A DNA stretch of 64,000 nucleotides, taken from IMG/VR virus record IMGVR_UViG_3300040751_002080, positions 1 through 64,000 of that record, one strand, 5' to 3'. Of this stretch, positions 47,873-57,515 are shown piece after piece. The notes beneath the pieces were generated by a model. The model made no database searches. It was not told the origin of the DNA and worked only from the letters and a program-made list of their open reading frames with translations. A program made the translations under genes and the position numbers. The DNA is from a virus. Taxonomy: Duplodnaviria; Caudoviricetes. Each line of letters opens with the position of its first letter. Positions within the stretch are counted from its first letter, which is position 1.

Positions 47873-48715
47873 TTATATTCCCAAACACTTTTCGTATTTT
47901 TTCATTAGATTAATATTTAAGAAATCTTTTTCAGTGTAATGAAAAATACCCGACTGTTGATGATTTCCTATTTTTAGCCTCATGTCGCTATCAAAATAAA
48001 CTCCAACTCTATCTTGCCAACGATATGCAAAGTTAACATCCCAACCTTGTATCTTTGGTTTCATATGTGTAAACGTAGGATTTTTAACTTTGCTATTTGT
48101 AATCAAATGTTCAATGTCCATTGTTTTACAAGCAACTGCTGCACTAACATCCATGCTTGGCCGCAATGCAAACTTTTTGCCGTTGCCTGCGGATTTATAA
48201 AACTGTTGCCAGTTATTTGTTATCATTTCAAGCCAAGTATAAAACTCGTGTGCTAAATCTGATTTCTTAAACCAATGGAACCCACTATACAAGTTTGGAA
48301 GATTGTGTGTTTTAAATGCCTTGCGGTAATAGTTATCATCTACTAGTTCTCCGCGATATGTATAAACATTACTAGTATAAAACAGATCGTAGTTTCTTAA
48401 AAAATCAAACCAACTGCTAATATCTTCAAGTATTAACATATCTGTGTCTATTACCACAGTTTCATTATAAGGAATAGCATGATATATTTTCCAACGATTA
48501 CTGATTTTCCAATCTTCGTCTTTGGCGTGATCTCCCCACGGTATTTCTACAATATGATCAAACAAATGTTTGTATTTTGTAGGCACACTTTCATTGGTAA
48601 TAAGACAAATACTAACATCTTTGTTTGTAGCATGAATACTCATTGCTGCTAAACATGCTTGTCTAACATAATCAAAATCACTATTTTGTGCCAACATTGT
48701 AAAGTTATTGGTCAA
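47873..48715 (-). CDS. Glycosyltransferase-like protein (GT-A, GT8-like)
   Basis: ICLITN, PYNETVVIDTDML (DxD), YSGFHWFKK. Confidence 0.65.
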   Translation of the reverse strand: MTNNFTMLAQNSDFDYVRQACLAAMSIHATNKDVSICLITNESVPTKYKHLFDHIVEIPWGDHAKDEDWKISNRWKIYHAIPYNETVVIDTDMLILEDISSWFDFLRNYDLFYTSNVYTYRGELVDDNYYRKAFKTHNLPNLYSGFHWFKKSDLAHEFYTWLEMITNNWQQFYKSAGNGKKFALRPSMDVSAAVACKTMDIEHLITNSKVKNPTFTHMKPKIQGWDVNFAYRWQDRVGVYFDSDMRLKIGNHQQSGIFHYTEKDFLNINLMKKYEKCLGI

Positions 48716-49544
48716 TAATTCTCTCCAAACTAAACTTGTTCATCACATGACAGTTACTGCCTTTGAGATTTACACCAGTATATTCTCCAAGTCTTTTATT
48801 TTTTTGTACTAATATTTTTATTTCATCGTCTTTGATATCAACAGCTACATCTTTATCTGTTGCATAAAACTTGGTACCTGGCAAACTTCCAACAAAGTTT
48901 CCTTTTTGATATCCATTCATAATATGTACTGCAATACTAAAAGCAAAATCGTTTCTATATACACTTGTTTTAAACTGATACATATTACGATAATGTATAT
49001 AGTTTTCTTCAATATGTTTGATTAAGTTAAAGAATATTTTATTTTCTTCTGTTTTTCTAAAAAAGAAAACAGTAGCCCAATAAAAATCAATACTAGTATC
49101 ACTTACTTTTTCAAACTCGGGTACTATTGTATGCATACCAATATGTGTAGCATCTTTGTATAGCAAAAGATCTTTTTGCTGTACAAAGCAATTGTTTAAT
49201 AAATCATTGCTAATAATATAATCAGTATCCATTACAATAGTAGAATCATAAGGAGTTAAATCATATGCTGATGCTCTATTTTTATTATTAAACTTTAATG
49301 TTTTATCACTAAAGTCACCATCGGCATATCGCTTGTTAGTACTATTTCTGTTCATATCATTGGAATGAATGACATAATCAAATACATCAACATCATTTGG
49401 ATACATAGATTGAATATCTGTATCTGTAACAATCGAAGTGGGCAAGTCCATATACTTGCTTATGCGTTTAGCAAGGAAAATAGCTTGCTTTACATAATCA
49501 ATCGATTTATTATTACTTGCAAATAACAGTACACCTTTTGTCAT
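48705..49544 (-). CDS. Glycosyltransferase-like protein (paralog of 47873)
   Basis: SIVTD, PYDSTIVMDTDYI (DxD), WATVFFFRK, RNDFAFSIA. Confidence 0.65.
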   Translation of the reverse strand: MTKGVLLFASNNKSIDYVKQAIFLAKRISKYMDLPTSIVTDTDIQSMYPNDVDVFDYVIHSNDMNRNSTNKRYADGDFSDKTLKFNNKNRASAYDLTPYDSTIVMDTDYIISNDLLNNCFVQQKDLLLYKDATHIGMHTIVPEFEKVSDTSIDFYWATVFFFRKTEENKIFFNLIKHIEENYIHYRNMYQFKTSVYRNDFAFSIAVHIMNGYQKGNFVGSLPGTKFYATDKDVAVDIKDDEIKILVQKNKRLGEYTGVNLKGSNCHVMNKFSLERIIDQ

Positions 49545-49888
49545 AGATCCATAATACTTTCAACTGTTCTATTTGTTTTTAACTTGTTGTATTCTGTTAA
49601 GTATTTGTTTGTTGATTGCCAATACACATTTACAAGTTCATTAGCAAAATCTTGTAATGCTTCTATTTCAATGGGTATACTACTATCATCAACTAAAATT
49701 GTTTCAGTCTGATGTAGTGCTAATAAACTTTGACAAAAACTTATAAGATCTTTAGTTACCGAAAACTGGCCGCCATTAAAATAATAAACAAGATTCTCGT
49801 GGTACTGTTCTTTTAGCAATCTTTTTTGATTATTTAATGTAATCATATAGTTGCTAAAATCTAATGCTTTTTCTAAGCGTTCGTCCAT
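49541..49888 (-). CDS. Hypothetical phage protein
   Basis: 115-aa ORF with TAGGAG SD. Confidence 0.75.
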   Translation of the reverse strand: MDERLEKALDFSNYMITLNNQKRLLKEQYHENLVYYFNGGQFSVTKDLISFCQSLLALHQTETILVDDSSIPIEIEALQDFANELVNVYWQSTNKYLTEYNKLKTNRTVESIMDL

Positions 49889-49911
49889 AAATATCTCCTA
49901 CTTGTAATAGT

Positions 49912-49940
49912 AGTATATATCCATTAGACTAGTTTGTCAA
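49912..49940 (-). promoter_or_regulatory. Sigma70-type promoter heading the glycosyltransferase block
   Basis: Minus strand TTGACA-N17-TATACT. Confidence 0.78.
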
Positions 49941-49941
49941 G

Positions 49942-51051
49942 TTAAAAATCGGAATCTTTTGTTCCAGTTGGTGTAGGCAATGCAATAGCATTGTACGTAG
50001 TACTATCCCAGACAAAATCACTGCTTGGAGTATAAGTGTATACTGTGCTGTTGATTGTTGCTGTAACACTTTCGTCTACTAACTGGCCAGCTGGGCCGCC
50101 TGGTTCTGCTTGGCCGCCTGTTCCTGTATCGCCGTCGTCTAGTTCTATTTTAAACTTTAGCTGTGTTGCAGTATTAAATGATGTATTAGTACTTGCATAA
50201 ATTCTAAAAAAGTTATCGTCATAAATCTGTGCTACAGGTACATCTCCCGGATTACCGCCTGCTCTGCCGCCACCTTGTTTTTCAAAAATCTTTGTAGTTG
50301 GGGCGCCAGTTGCAATAGTTGCATTACTAAATCCAGTTCCTGTACCTGTTACAGAATCACAACGCCAGGTATTTTGATTTACTCTACCAAATCGTATCTG
50401 TCCAGCATCGTTTAATACTTGAGCCCAATCCCAATCTTTTGTGTATTGGGTTGCTGTTGTGCCGCCAGTAGCATTTGCTGCAAAACGTATTTCGCCGCCT
50501 GCTGCTAAAAAATACAAAAAGTTTTGATGAGATCCAAAGTTAACTGTAACTTCGTGCGAGATGACTTTTTGTGCATCGGCCGATCCACCAAAACTTGTAA
50601 TACGAGAACTAGATGTACTTGCTCCTCCTGATGTTTCTAAAGGATTCGGACCATCGAAACTACTAGTTGGAAAATCTGTTGCTGTATGATTAAATGCTAA
50701 AATAGTATTTGCAGTAGTAGTTAAGTCAGTAATATGCTGTTCAGCAATTTGATCAACACCTTGTTCAAAATCAGTAGGATCAATGTCCGTTGCTAGTGCG
50801 CCAGTTTGATGGACATGTGCAGCTTGTATATCTAACCACAAATCAAAATATTGTTGTTCGGTTACTGTGTCACTTACTCCTGGAGTATTGCCGCCAACAA
50901 CTATACTACTACTAAAGTTTCTACCATAACCGCTTGTACTTGTTAACGGTGTTGTCAAAGATCCGTAGTCTGTCCAGACAGATTGATCGCCTACACGACC
51001 AGCAATCGATTCTCTAATATTATTATAGTTAATGGCTGTTATCTGTGGCAT
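49942..51051 (-). CDS. Putative virion structural protein
   Basis: Thr/Gly/Ser-rich. Shares FxxAGGEIRF..DW..AGQI.FGR with 51098. Located in the tail module. Confidence 0.6.
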   Translation of the reverse strand: MPQITAINYNNIRESIAGRVGDQSVWTDYGSLTTPLTSTSGYGRNFSSSIVVGGNTPGVSDTVTEQQYFDLWLDIQAAHVHQTGALATDIDPTDFEQGVDQIAEQHITDLTTTANTILAFNHTATDFPTSSFDGPNPLETSGGASTSSSRITSFGGSADAQKVISHEVTVNFGSHQNFLYFLAAGGEIRFAANATGGTTATQYTKDWDWAQVLNDAGQIRFGRVNQNTWRCDSVTGTGTGFSNATIATGAPTTKIFEKQGGGRAGGNPGDVPVAQIYDDNFFRIYASTNTSFNTATQLKFKIELDDGDTGTGGQAEPGGPAGQLVDESVTATINSTVYTYTPSSDFVWDSTTYNAIALPTPTGTKDSDF

Positions 51052-51068
51052 CTATATTCCTTTTTTAT

Positions 51069-51097
51069 AATGTAACACACTTTACATTGTATGTCAA
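51069..51097 (-). promoter_or_regulatory. Sigma70-type promoter
   Basis: Minus strand TTGACA-N17-TACATT with TGn extension, AAGGAA SD. Confidence 0.65.
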
Positions 51098-52015
51098 TCA
51101 TAAATCACTTGTTTTTGCATAGGACGGAGCCGGCGAGTTTACATACGAACCCGATGCTCGTATATGCGAAACTGAACTAGTAAGAACTCCTGCTACATAT
51201 TCGTCGGCGCCGCCGGTGCCTGTATCTAAATCATTAAACACAATATTAAAAGTAATATCTGTATTGTTTGATTCTTTTTTTGCTTGAATATAATACTCGT
51301 TGTCTGAATATCCACCTGCAATACTACCTGTTTTTCTATATATAGTTTGATACGAGGTTGTTAAATCTTCATTGCCAATAGCATAGGAAGTACCAGATGG
51401 TTTTGTATTGGTAGTTACTGTTCGTCCAAACTTTATCTGGCCAGCATTAAATATAATATCATACCAGTCTTGATTTTTTTGCAAGTTAGTATCTGCTGGA
51501 ACATCATCGATATTAATCGATGAATCGAATCTAATTTCGCCGCCTGCGTTAAAAAAACATCTACGAGCAGCAATTGAAGAAAATGATATTTTAACAGTAT
51601 GATTAACTGATTGAGGTTGAGATGTTCCTCCCCACGGAGATGTAGCACCATCTCTTACACTATTAACACCGCCTGATTCTATGTCAGCTTGGTTACCGTT
51701 TAAAATAAATCTATCGTCCTCAAGTTCAACTATTAATATTTCGTATGCATTAAACAACGCATCTGCAATCTCTGCAGAGGTAGTAACTGTATTAATAGTA
51801 ACCGGTGCTGTATTATTAATGTGTACATACACCTTTTCAAAGTCAGTGAACAAGTTATTCATATCAGAAACTAACACTTCGTTTCCTTCGGCAACTGGAT
51901 TACTCGATACAGTATTATTGTATCCTTTATCACCAGACCCAACTCCTAATACTGCTGAAATTTTTCCTTGTAGTTCGTTGTACCTTGATTGTGAGATAAT
52001 GTCGCCGACTGCCAT
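51098..52015 (-). CDS. Putative virion structural protein (paralog of 49942)
   Basis: GYNN..SS, FFNAGGEIRF, DLDTGTGG..DE. Confidence 0.6.
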   Translation of the reverse strand: MAVGDIISQSRYNELQGKISAVLGVGSGDKGYNNTVSSNPVAEGNEVLVSDMNNLFTDFEKVYVHINNTAPVTINTVTTSAEIADALFNAYEILIVELEDDRFILNGNQADIESGGVNSVRDGATSPWGGTSQPQSVNHTVKISFSSIAARRCFFNAGGEIRFDSSINIDDVPADTNLQKNQDWYDIIFNAGQIKFGRTVTTNTKPSGTSYAIGNEDLTTSYQTIYRKTGSIAGGYSDNEYYIQAKKESNNTDITFNIVFNDLDTGTGGADEYVAGVLTSSVSHIRASGSYVNSPAPSYAKTSDL

Positions 52016-52031
52016 AACTTTTCCTTTTTAG

Positions 52032-52038
52032 TATTTAC
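52032..52038 (-). promoter_or_regulatory. Possible late promoter (GTAAATA)
   Basis: Immediately upstream of the AAGGAA SD of 52015. Confidence 0.35.
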
Positions 52039-53570
52039 ACTTTTAAAACGCACTCAACCAACTTTTCTGAAGGATCGTCGCTTGATTCTAATGCAATACC
52101 AACTAATGCTTTGGTAGCAGTTTGAGAAGCAACTCCGTCTTCCCATGCATACAATGCCATTCCTTTTTGAACTACACCTGTGCATCTTACTGGTACACGA
52201 CCTTTTAATGCAATAGCTTGTCCGTCGATTTCTGAGTTCATTAAATAAGCTGGATTTTCACTAATGACACCAATTGCAAAATCACTAGACTTTGCAGGTC
52301 TAGTTTCTGCACTAATATCACGTGCTTCTACAAACTTAGCACTAGATACTGCCATTACTGTTCCAACTGGATGTGTTTCTTCTGTGGTATATTTTTCTGC
52401 AAGATCGGCATAACGAGCTTTAGTTGCGGTGCCATTAAATATTGTTGCAGTTAGATTTCCACTGCTATCTCTTGCAGCAATAGTATTTGCGCCAGCAGTG
52501 GTTGATGCACTACGTGCCGTGCCTCCTACATCAAGTGCATTTGAAACTGTTGCAGTACCATTAAATGTAGTAGCATAAACTGTATTAAACTTTTCAGTTG
52601 CACTACCGATATTATATATGTTTGTTGTTTCAGGAAAAATTCCTTTATCAACTGCTGCGTTTCTTATTGAAACAATCCCTGTAGCAGATCCGGCAGCTGG
52701 TGCAGTTAGTGCAAACAACATTTTATTACTTGCATTATTTTGATTTACAAATCTCGGAACTGTACCATCGCTTACATCTATTTTTAGATCATTACTAGCG
52801 CCAACTGTAAATCCAACATCACCTAATGCTAATGCATCTGTTGTTTTTAAATAATCACTAGCTAAGAATCCACCTAAACGTAATGCATCATTTGCTGATC
52901 CCCAAATAATTGGTTCGTTAGTAGCACCTGTAACAGGTTGATCCAAACTATTTTTTGTAATACCTGTAGCACTATTAACTAATGTAATACCTTTTTTGAT
53001 TAAACTAAATCCTGTTAACGATGGAACACCGGCTGCTTGTACACCGTTTAATGTAAACTCTTCTCCAGAGATTACATACAAACTAACATCATTTATTAGA
53101 GCAACAATAATAGTTTTTTCAACCGCTGGAACAGAGTTATCATTAACACTAACACTAAGCATCTGTGTTGTTCCGCTTCCTGCACTCTGAGGACCTACTA
53201 GGATAAACTCGCCTGCGGCTGTTTTACCATATAGCTGATTACTTGTACTGCTCCACCACAAATCGCCTTCGTCCAGTCCTGCTGGTTCAGAACTTGATAC
53301 TTCGGTACCGCCTGCTGTTTTCCATGCACTACCAGTATAAAACTTTAGTTTAGTAGTTCCTGCATCATACCATACTTGTCCATCAATAGCTTTAGCAGGT
53401 GCAGTAGTTCCTCTAAAGTTTTCTAATAAATGAACTATGTTTTCGTTTTGTGCTTCGCCAAAACCACTATAGTTTTTACCAATAAGTTTTAGATCAGTTG
53501 TTTGATCTATTGTGCCGTCTTCAACGACTGTTATCTGTGTACCGTTATATCTATTTACAATATAGGCCAT
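52035..53570 (-). CDS. Tail-fibre-like protein with C-terminal intramolecular-chaperone-like (peptidase G2-type) domain
   Basis: MAY..LIGKNY.GFGE..NEN..LLENF..GQVWYD N-terminus. C-terminal YADLAEKY..GTV..GVISENPAYLMN..ALKGRVPV. Confidence 0.72.
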   Translation of the reverse strand: MAYIVNRYNGTQITVVEDGTIDQTTDLKLIGKNYSGFGEAQNENIVHLLENFRGTTAPAKAIDGQVWYDAGTTKLKFYTGSAWKTAGGTEVSSSEPAGLDEGDLWWSSTSNQLYGKTAAGEFILVGPQSAGSGTTQMLSVSVNDNSVPAVEKTIIVALINDVSLYVISGEEFTLNGVQAAGVPSLTGFSLIKKGITLVNSATGITKNSLDQPVTGATNEPIIWGSANDALRLGGFLASDYLKTTDALALGDVGFTVGASNDLKIDVSDGTVPRFVNQNNASNKMLFALTAPAAGSATGIVSIRNAAVDKGIFPETTNIYNIGSATEKFNTVYATTFNGTATVSNALDVGGTARSASTTAGANTIAARDSSGNLTATIFNGTATKARYADLAEKYTTEETHPVGTVMAVSSAKFVEARDISAETRPAKSSDFAIGVISENPAYLMNSEIDGQAIALKGRVPVRCTGVVQKGMALYAWEDGVASQTATKALVGIALESSDDPSEKLVECVLKV

Positions 53571-53600
53571 TGTTGCTCCTCGTGCTTAGTGCTCTTATGT

Positions 53601-53607
53601 TATTTAT
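53601..53607 (-). promoter_or_regulatory. Possible late promoter (GATAAATA)
   Basis: Lies in the intergenic gap upstream of a GAGGAG SD. Confidence 0.45.
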
Positions 53608-53609
53608 CG

Positions 53610-55532
53610 TTAAAGTGCCGATGCTGCTATTGTACTTCCATTAACGTCCCATATGCCGCCGCTTACTTGCATAGTTATTATCAATCTATTTGCTGTTAGA
53701 TTAACTGTTGCTGTAGGAGCAGTGATTGTAAAGTCACCTATAACATTAACGTTTTGTGTACCAGCACTATCAACTGCTGTTAAAGATTTTACAACACCAC
53801 TATTAACATCAATAGGATCTGATGAAGCTGTATAATAGTATGCATGTATTTTTGCAGTTTTTCCTTGAGTGTCAAACGGTGCTGCGGGTATTGGAGATAT
53901 TTCTGTTAATAGTACAGCAATATTAGTAAGCAATCCGTCATCTGCAAAAGTGTCACCATATGTTCCTGTTGCATAGGTAGTACCTAATCCAGTAACATCT
54001 ACTCCCATAACTATTGTTGATGATGCTAGTTCGTCATCAACATATCTTTTAACTACTACATCTTGATCAGCACCTTCTGTTAATAATGCATTGTCGGCTT
54101 TACGGCGTGGACTTACCGGAGTTTCTACATTTGTTATTTTTACTTTGTTTATTAAGTTTATACTACCAGTTGATGCAAACTCTAAGTTACTAGTTGTTGT
54201 AATGCGATCTTCAGTGAAGGTCATTGTATCACTTTGTAGGTTGTTTCCTACTACTAGTGTATTAAGCTGACCTATTCCTGTTAGACTACTGTTTACAACC
54301 GTTGATCCTAACGTATCTAAAGACAATACATTTGTATTATCAATAGCATAGTTGTTTAACTCGTTGTCAATATTAATATTATGACTACTTGTCCAACTGT
54401 TAGTTGCATTTAACCAAGTCCAGCGTTTGTCGTCTCCCTGTACTCTTATAACAATGCCGCCGTCATCTGCTTCGCTGTCAGTTGCTAATGTACTATCGTC
54501 TTTTATTGCAAGTTCAATTTGATGGTCTTCAACTCTAAGAGTAGCAATATCTAAACTTACCGAGTTTCCTTCGATTAATAAATCTCCAGTAACACGCAAG
54601 TCTCCTGTAACATCTAACGTATATGCAGGATTTGTTTTAAATATACCAATCTTTTTAGTGTCAGCGTCAAAATACATAGCAGTGTATGTGCCCGAAACAT
54701 CTTTAAGATCTACTCGCATGTCAGCATCTTGAATATTATTCTGCCAGACAGTAGTTTGTCCACTTACTTTTATTGTAAGATCTGTATCAAGTCCAATACT
54801 CAATCCAAGGTCATTAGCTATTGCCAATCTGCCTGTTGTGACATCATCAACTACAGCACTTAAAAAACTGTTTTGATCAAATACATTTCCAAGCTCGTCT
54901 ACAATTTGACCAGCACTAGAGGCTTTCCCATAAAATTCAAAATCAACAAACGCTGAGTTTATGTTTACACCTTGTTTTAAAGTAGTAAATCCTGTGATAG
55001 CCGGAAAAGGTGTAAAGGTTGTATTTTCTTTTGAAACAATTGCATATAAACTGCCATTTAGATACTTTTTAATAATCACTCTATTTTGACTTGTAGTATC
55101 TCTAATAGTTGCAATCTCATCGCCTGATTTAAGTTGGTTTTTTGTATATGCCGGTCCTACTAAAACAGCATTAGTGCCGTTCCAAAATAATAGCTGATCC
55201 TTTGATGCATCAATCCATATGTCTCCAGGTATTAGTTCTGATGGCTGAGAACTGGCATATATTGTGCTATCGGTACTTCTAAATGTTGTACCATCATATA
55301 TTTTTAATCTGCCTGTAGCAGTATCATACCAAAGTTGTCCTTTGAGTGGTTTTACCGGTGCTGTACTATTACTAAAGTTTTCCAGCATCTTAATAAAGTT
55401 TTCATTTATACTTTCGCCAAATCCTTGATAGTTTTTTCCTATTAGTGCAATATCTGCACTGGATATATCTAACCTACCATCAACTAGTTCTACTAGTAAC
55501 GATCCGTCTGTTTTGTTTAGTTTATAGGCCAT
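53610..55532 (-). CDS. Tail-fibre-like virion protein
   Basis: Same MAY..NENF..LENF..GQLWYD N-terminal module. Thr/Asp-rich beta-type body. Confidence 0.72.
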   Translation of the reverse strand: MAYKLNKTDGSLLVELVDGRLDISSADIALIGKNYQGFGESINENFIKMLENFSNSTAPVKPLKGQLWYDTATGRLKIYDGTTFRSTDSTIYASSQPSELIPGDIWIDASKDQLLFWNGTNAVLVGPAYTKNQLKSGDEIATIRDTTSQNRVIIKKYLNGSLYAIVSKENTTFTPFPAITGFTTLKQGVNINSAFVDFEFYGKASSAGQIVDELGNVFDQNSFLSAVVDDVTTGRLAIANDLGLSIGLDTDLTIKVSGQTTVWQNNIQDADMRVDLKDVSGTYTAMYFDADTKKIGIFKTNPAYTLDVTGDLRVTGDLLIEGNSVSLDIATLRVEDHQIELAIKDDSTLATDSEADDGGIVIRVQGDDKRWTWLNATNSWTSSHNINIDNELNNYAIDNTNVLSLDTLGSTVVNSSLTGIGQLNTLVVGNNLQSDTMTFTEDRITTTSNLEFASTGSINLINKVKITNVETPVSPRRKADNALLTEGADQDVVVKRYVDDELASSTIVMGVDVTGLGTTYATGTYGDTFADDGLLTNIAVLLTEISPIPAAPFDTQGKTAKIHAYYYTASSDPIDVNSGVVKSLTAVDSAGTQNVNVIGDFTITAPTATVNLTANRLIITMQVSGGIWDVNGSTIAASAL

Positions 55533-57515
55533 TTATGATACTCCGTGATAGATAATAAAGTTAAGTGCAAGGAACGGATTTGTTATATTTAATGCATCGT
55601 TTGCTAAATCTACTACACCTCCTGATGTTCGCAGACGTGTTCCAGTTCCTGATATGTCGCCGTCTCCTGGTACAACTTCTGATGCACTTGCTGTAGCTGT
55701 TGTAGTAGCATAGAATTGCTCTCCTGTACTACTTTTTAAGTCGTGCTCGTGTTCGGGTAAGTTAGATGCTGCTATTGTAACTTCTTCACTACCTGCTACA
55801 CCACCCATAACACCTACAGTTGATGATGTAATTCTATTTGCTGATACTACTTGTCCTAGCCCTGCAGGAGTTCTTCCTCGCATATCTGGTATTTTAAACA
55901 ATGTATTAGGATCACTCGGTGTTCCATGATACCATGTTGTTGGATCTGCTGAAAGATATCCTAATACTGTTGCCAAAGCACCGTATGTTGTTAATGATTT
56001 TTCTGTTCCGTCTAATATAAACCATCCATCAGGTGCAATCAATCCACCGTACATGATTACTGTGCCAACTGGCATAGTATCGATAGAACCAATAATCTGT
56101 GCAGGCGTTGCTTTAACTAACGTTCCGCCTTGATTTAATAATACTTCATCTGTTGTTCTATTGATGCTCGATGCTGCTGATCTACTAGAAATAGCAGTTG
56201 ATTGTATAGTAGATGTAAATGTTTTAGTAGAGCCGCCTGTCTGGCCGTCAAATACAAAACTAGTTGCACTAACATCTCCTGCTAGTGAAAAAGTAGTTAC
56301 ACTGTTGAGTTTTGCTGTACTACCAGCTGTACCGCTAACATTACCTGTTACATTACCTGTTAAGTTACCTGTTATACGATTAGCATGTAATGTATCGTAA
56401 GGTAATACTGATGAGCCTATAGAATAAACATTTGCAGTATCAGGCAATATGCTAGTAGTAGTAAGGCTTCCATCAACATCAAAGTTTCCAGTTACAGTTA
56501 GATTTCCTGTTATACTAGTATTTCCTGTTAATGCTGTAGTACCAGTTACTGATAGGTTGCCGGTAAGTTTTTGATTTCCAACTACGTCTAAACTTTCTGT
56601 TGGAGACAGGTTGTTGATGCCTACATTAGTGTTTCCTTTAACTCTGATTGGTATTGCAAAGTTGCCGTTGTTGTTAACTCTTAAATCTATCGGAGCACCT
56701 GGAACAGCGTTTTCAACAATGCTATTATTACCTTCAACTAACAAACTTAATGTTTTTGAAACACCAACTTCTAAGCCCTGATTGGTTTTTATTTGAAGTT
56801 TTTCTGTAAGTTGATTAACAATGTTGTTGCGCATAAATGTTGAACTTGGTATTGTTGCTCCACTAATAAGTAAGTTTTCTGCGTTAGTTGCAGTGCCATT
56901 AAACTTTGCTGCTGACAATGTTTGATTAAAGTTTGTTCCAACTTTTATCGGTGTTACACTATTAAATCCAGCAAATGATGTTTTGGGCGAAAACTCAACT
57001 CTACTTGTAATACTAACTGGTATATTTTCAATGTATACGACTACTACTGTTCTAGTTGTATCTGTAGTATCTACTAGCTCAACTGATTTAGCTCCAGTGG
57101 TGTTTCCATTGCTAAAATCAGGACCTACTAACAGCCACCCGCTGCCTGTATACAAATACAACTGACTAGTACTAGTATTAACCCAAAGATCGCCTTTGAC
57201 ACTGTTTGTACTATCAGGTTCTGAGGCATTCTTTTTTAAGCCGCCGGCTGCAACCCAGTTTGTTCCGTCGTATATTTTTAACTGATCTATACTATCTGTA
57301 GTGTCATACCAGAGTTGTCCTTCAACTGGATTTAATGGTGGATTTGCATTTGCAAAGTTTTCTAATAACTTTAAAAAGTTTTCATTAATAGCAACACCAT
57401 AATCTGATAATAGTCTACCTGGAAGTTTTAGACTAGTTTCTGTATTGATTGCGTTATCTTCAACAGTTATAATACCTTTATTAGATTGGTCAGTGAATGG
57501 AACTTCGTATGCCAT
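55533..57515 (-). CDS. Tail-fibre protein with tail-collar domain
   Basis: Shared N-terminal module. C-terminal MPVGTVIMYGG..PDGW..DG..IPDMRGR..LPEHEH..PFLALNFII (collar/receptor tip motif). Confidence 0.8.
   Translation of the reverse strand: MAYEVPFTDQSNKGIITVEDNAINTETSLKLPGRLLSDYGVAINENFLKLLENFANANPPLNPVEGQLWYDTTDSIDQLKIYDGTNWVAAGGLKKNASEPDSTNSVKGDLWVNTSTSQLYLYTGSGWLLVGPDFSNGNTTGAKSVELVDTTDTTRTVVVVYIENIPVSITSRVEFSPKTSFAGFNSVTPIKVGTNFNQTLSAAKFNGTATNAENLLISGATIPSSTFMRNNIVNQLTEKLQIKTNQGLEVGVSKTLSLLVEGNNSIVENAVPGAPIDLRVNNNGNFAIPIRVKGNTNVGINNLSPTESLDVVGNQKLTGNLSVTGTTALTGNTSITGNLTVTGNFDVDGSLTTTSILPDTANVYSIGSSVLPYDTLHANRITGNLTGNVTGNVSGTAGSTAKLNSVTTFSLAGDVSATSFVFDGQTGGSTKTFTSTIQSTAISSRSAASSINRTTDEVLLNQGGTLVKATPAQIIGSIDTMPVGTVIMYGGLIAPDGWFILDGTEKSLTTYGALATVLGYLSADPTTWYHGTPSDPNTLFKIPDMRGRTPAGLGQVVSANRITSSTVGVMGGVAGSEEVTIAASNLPEHEHDLKSSTGEQFYATTTATASASEVVPGDGDISGTGTRLRTSGGVVDLANDALNITNPFLALNFIIYHGVS

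Noticed and set aside
838-49888. Bacterial chromosomal secondary-metabolite cluster
   Set aside because: There are no transporters, regulators or housekeeping genes. The block is contiguous with phage virion genes and shows the same compact gene packing.
13968-51545. Recurrent (t)cgccgcc GC-rich motif as a regulatory or Chi-like element
   Set aside because: Explained by Gly-Gly-(Glu/Ala) codons of GGE/SGG motifs on the minus strand.
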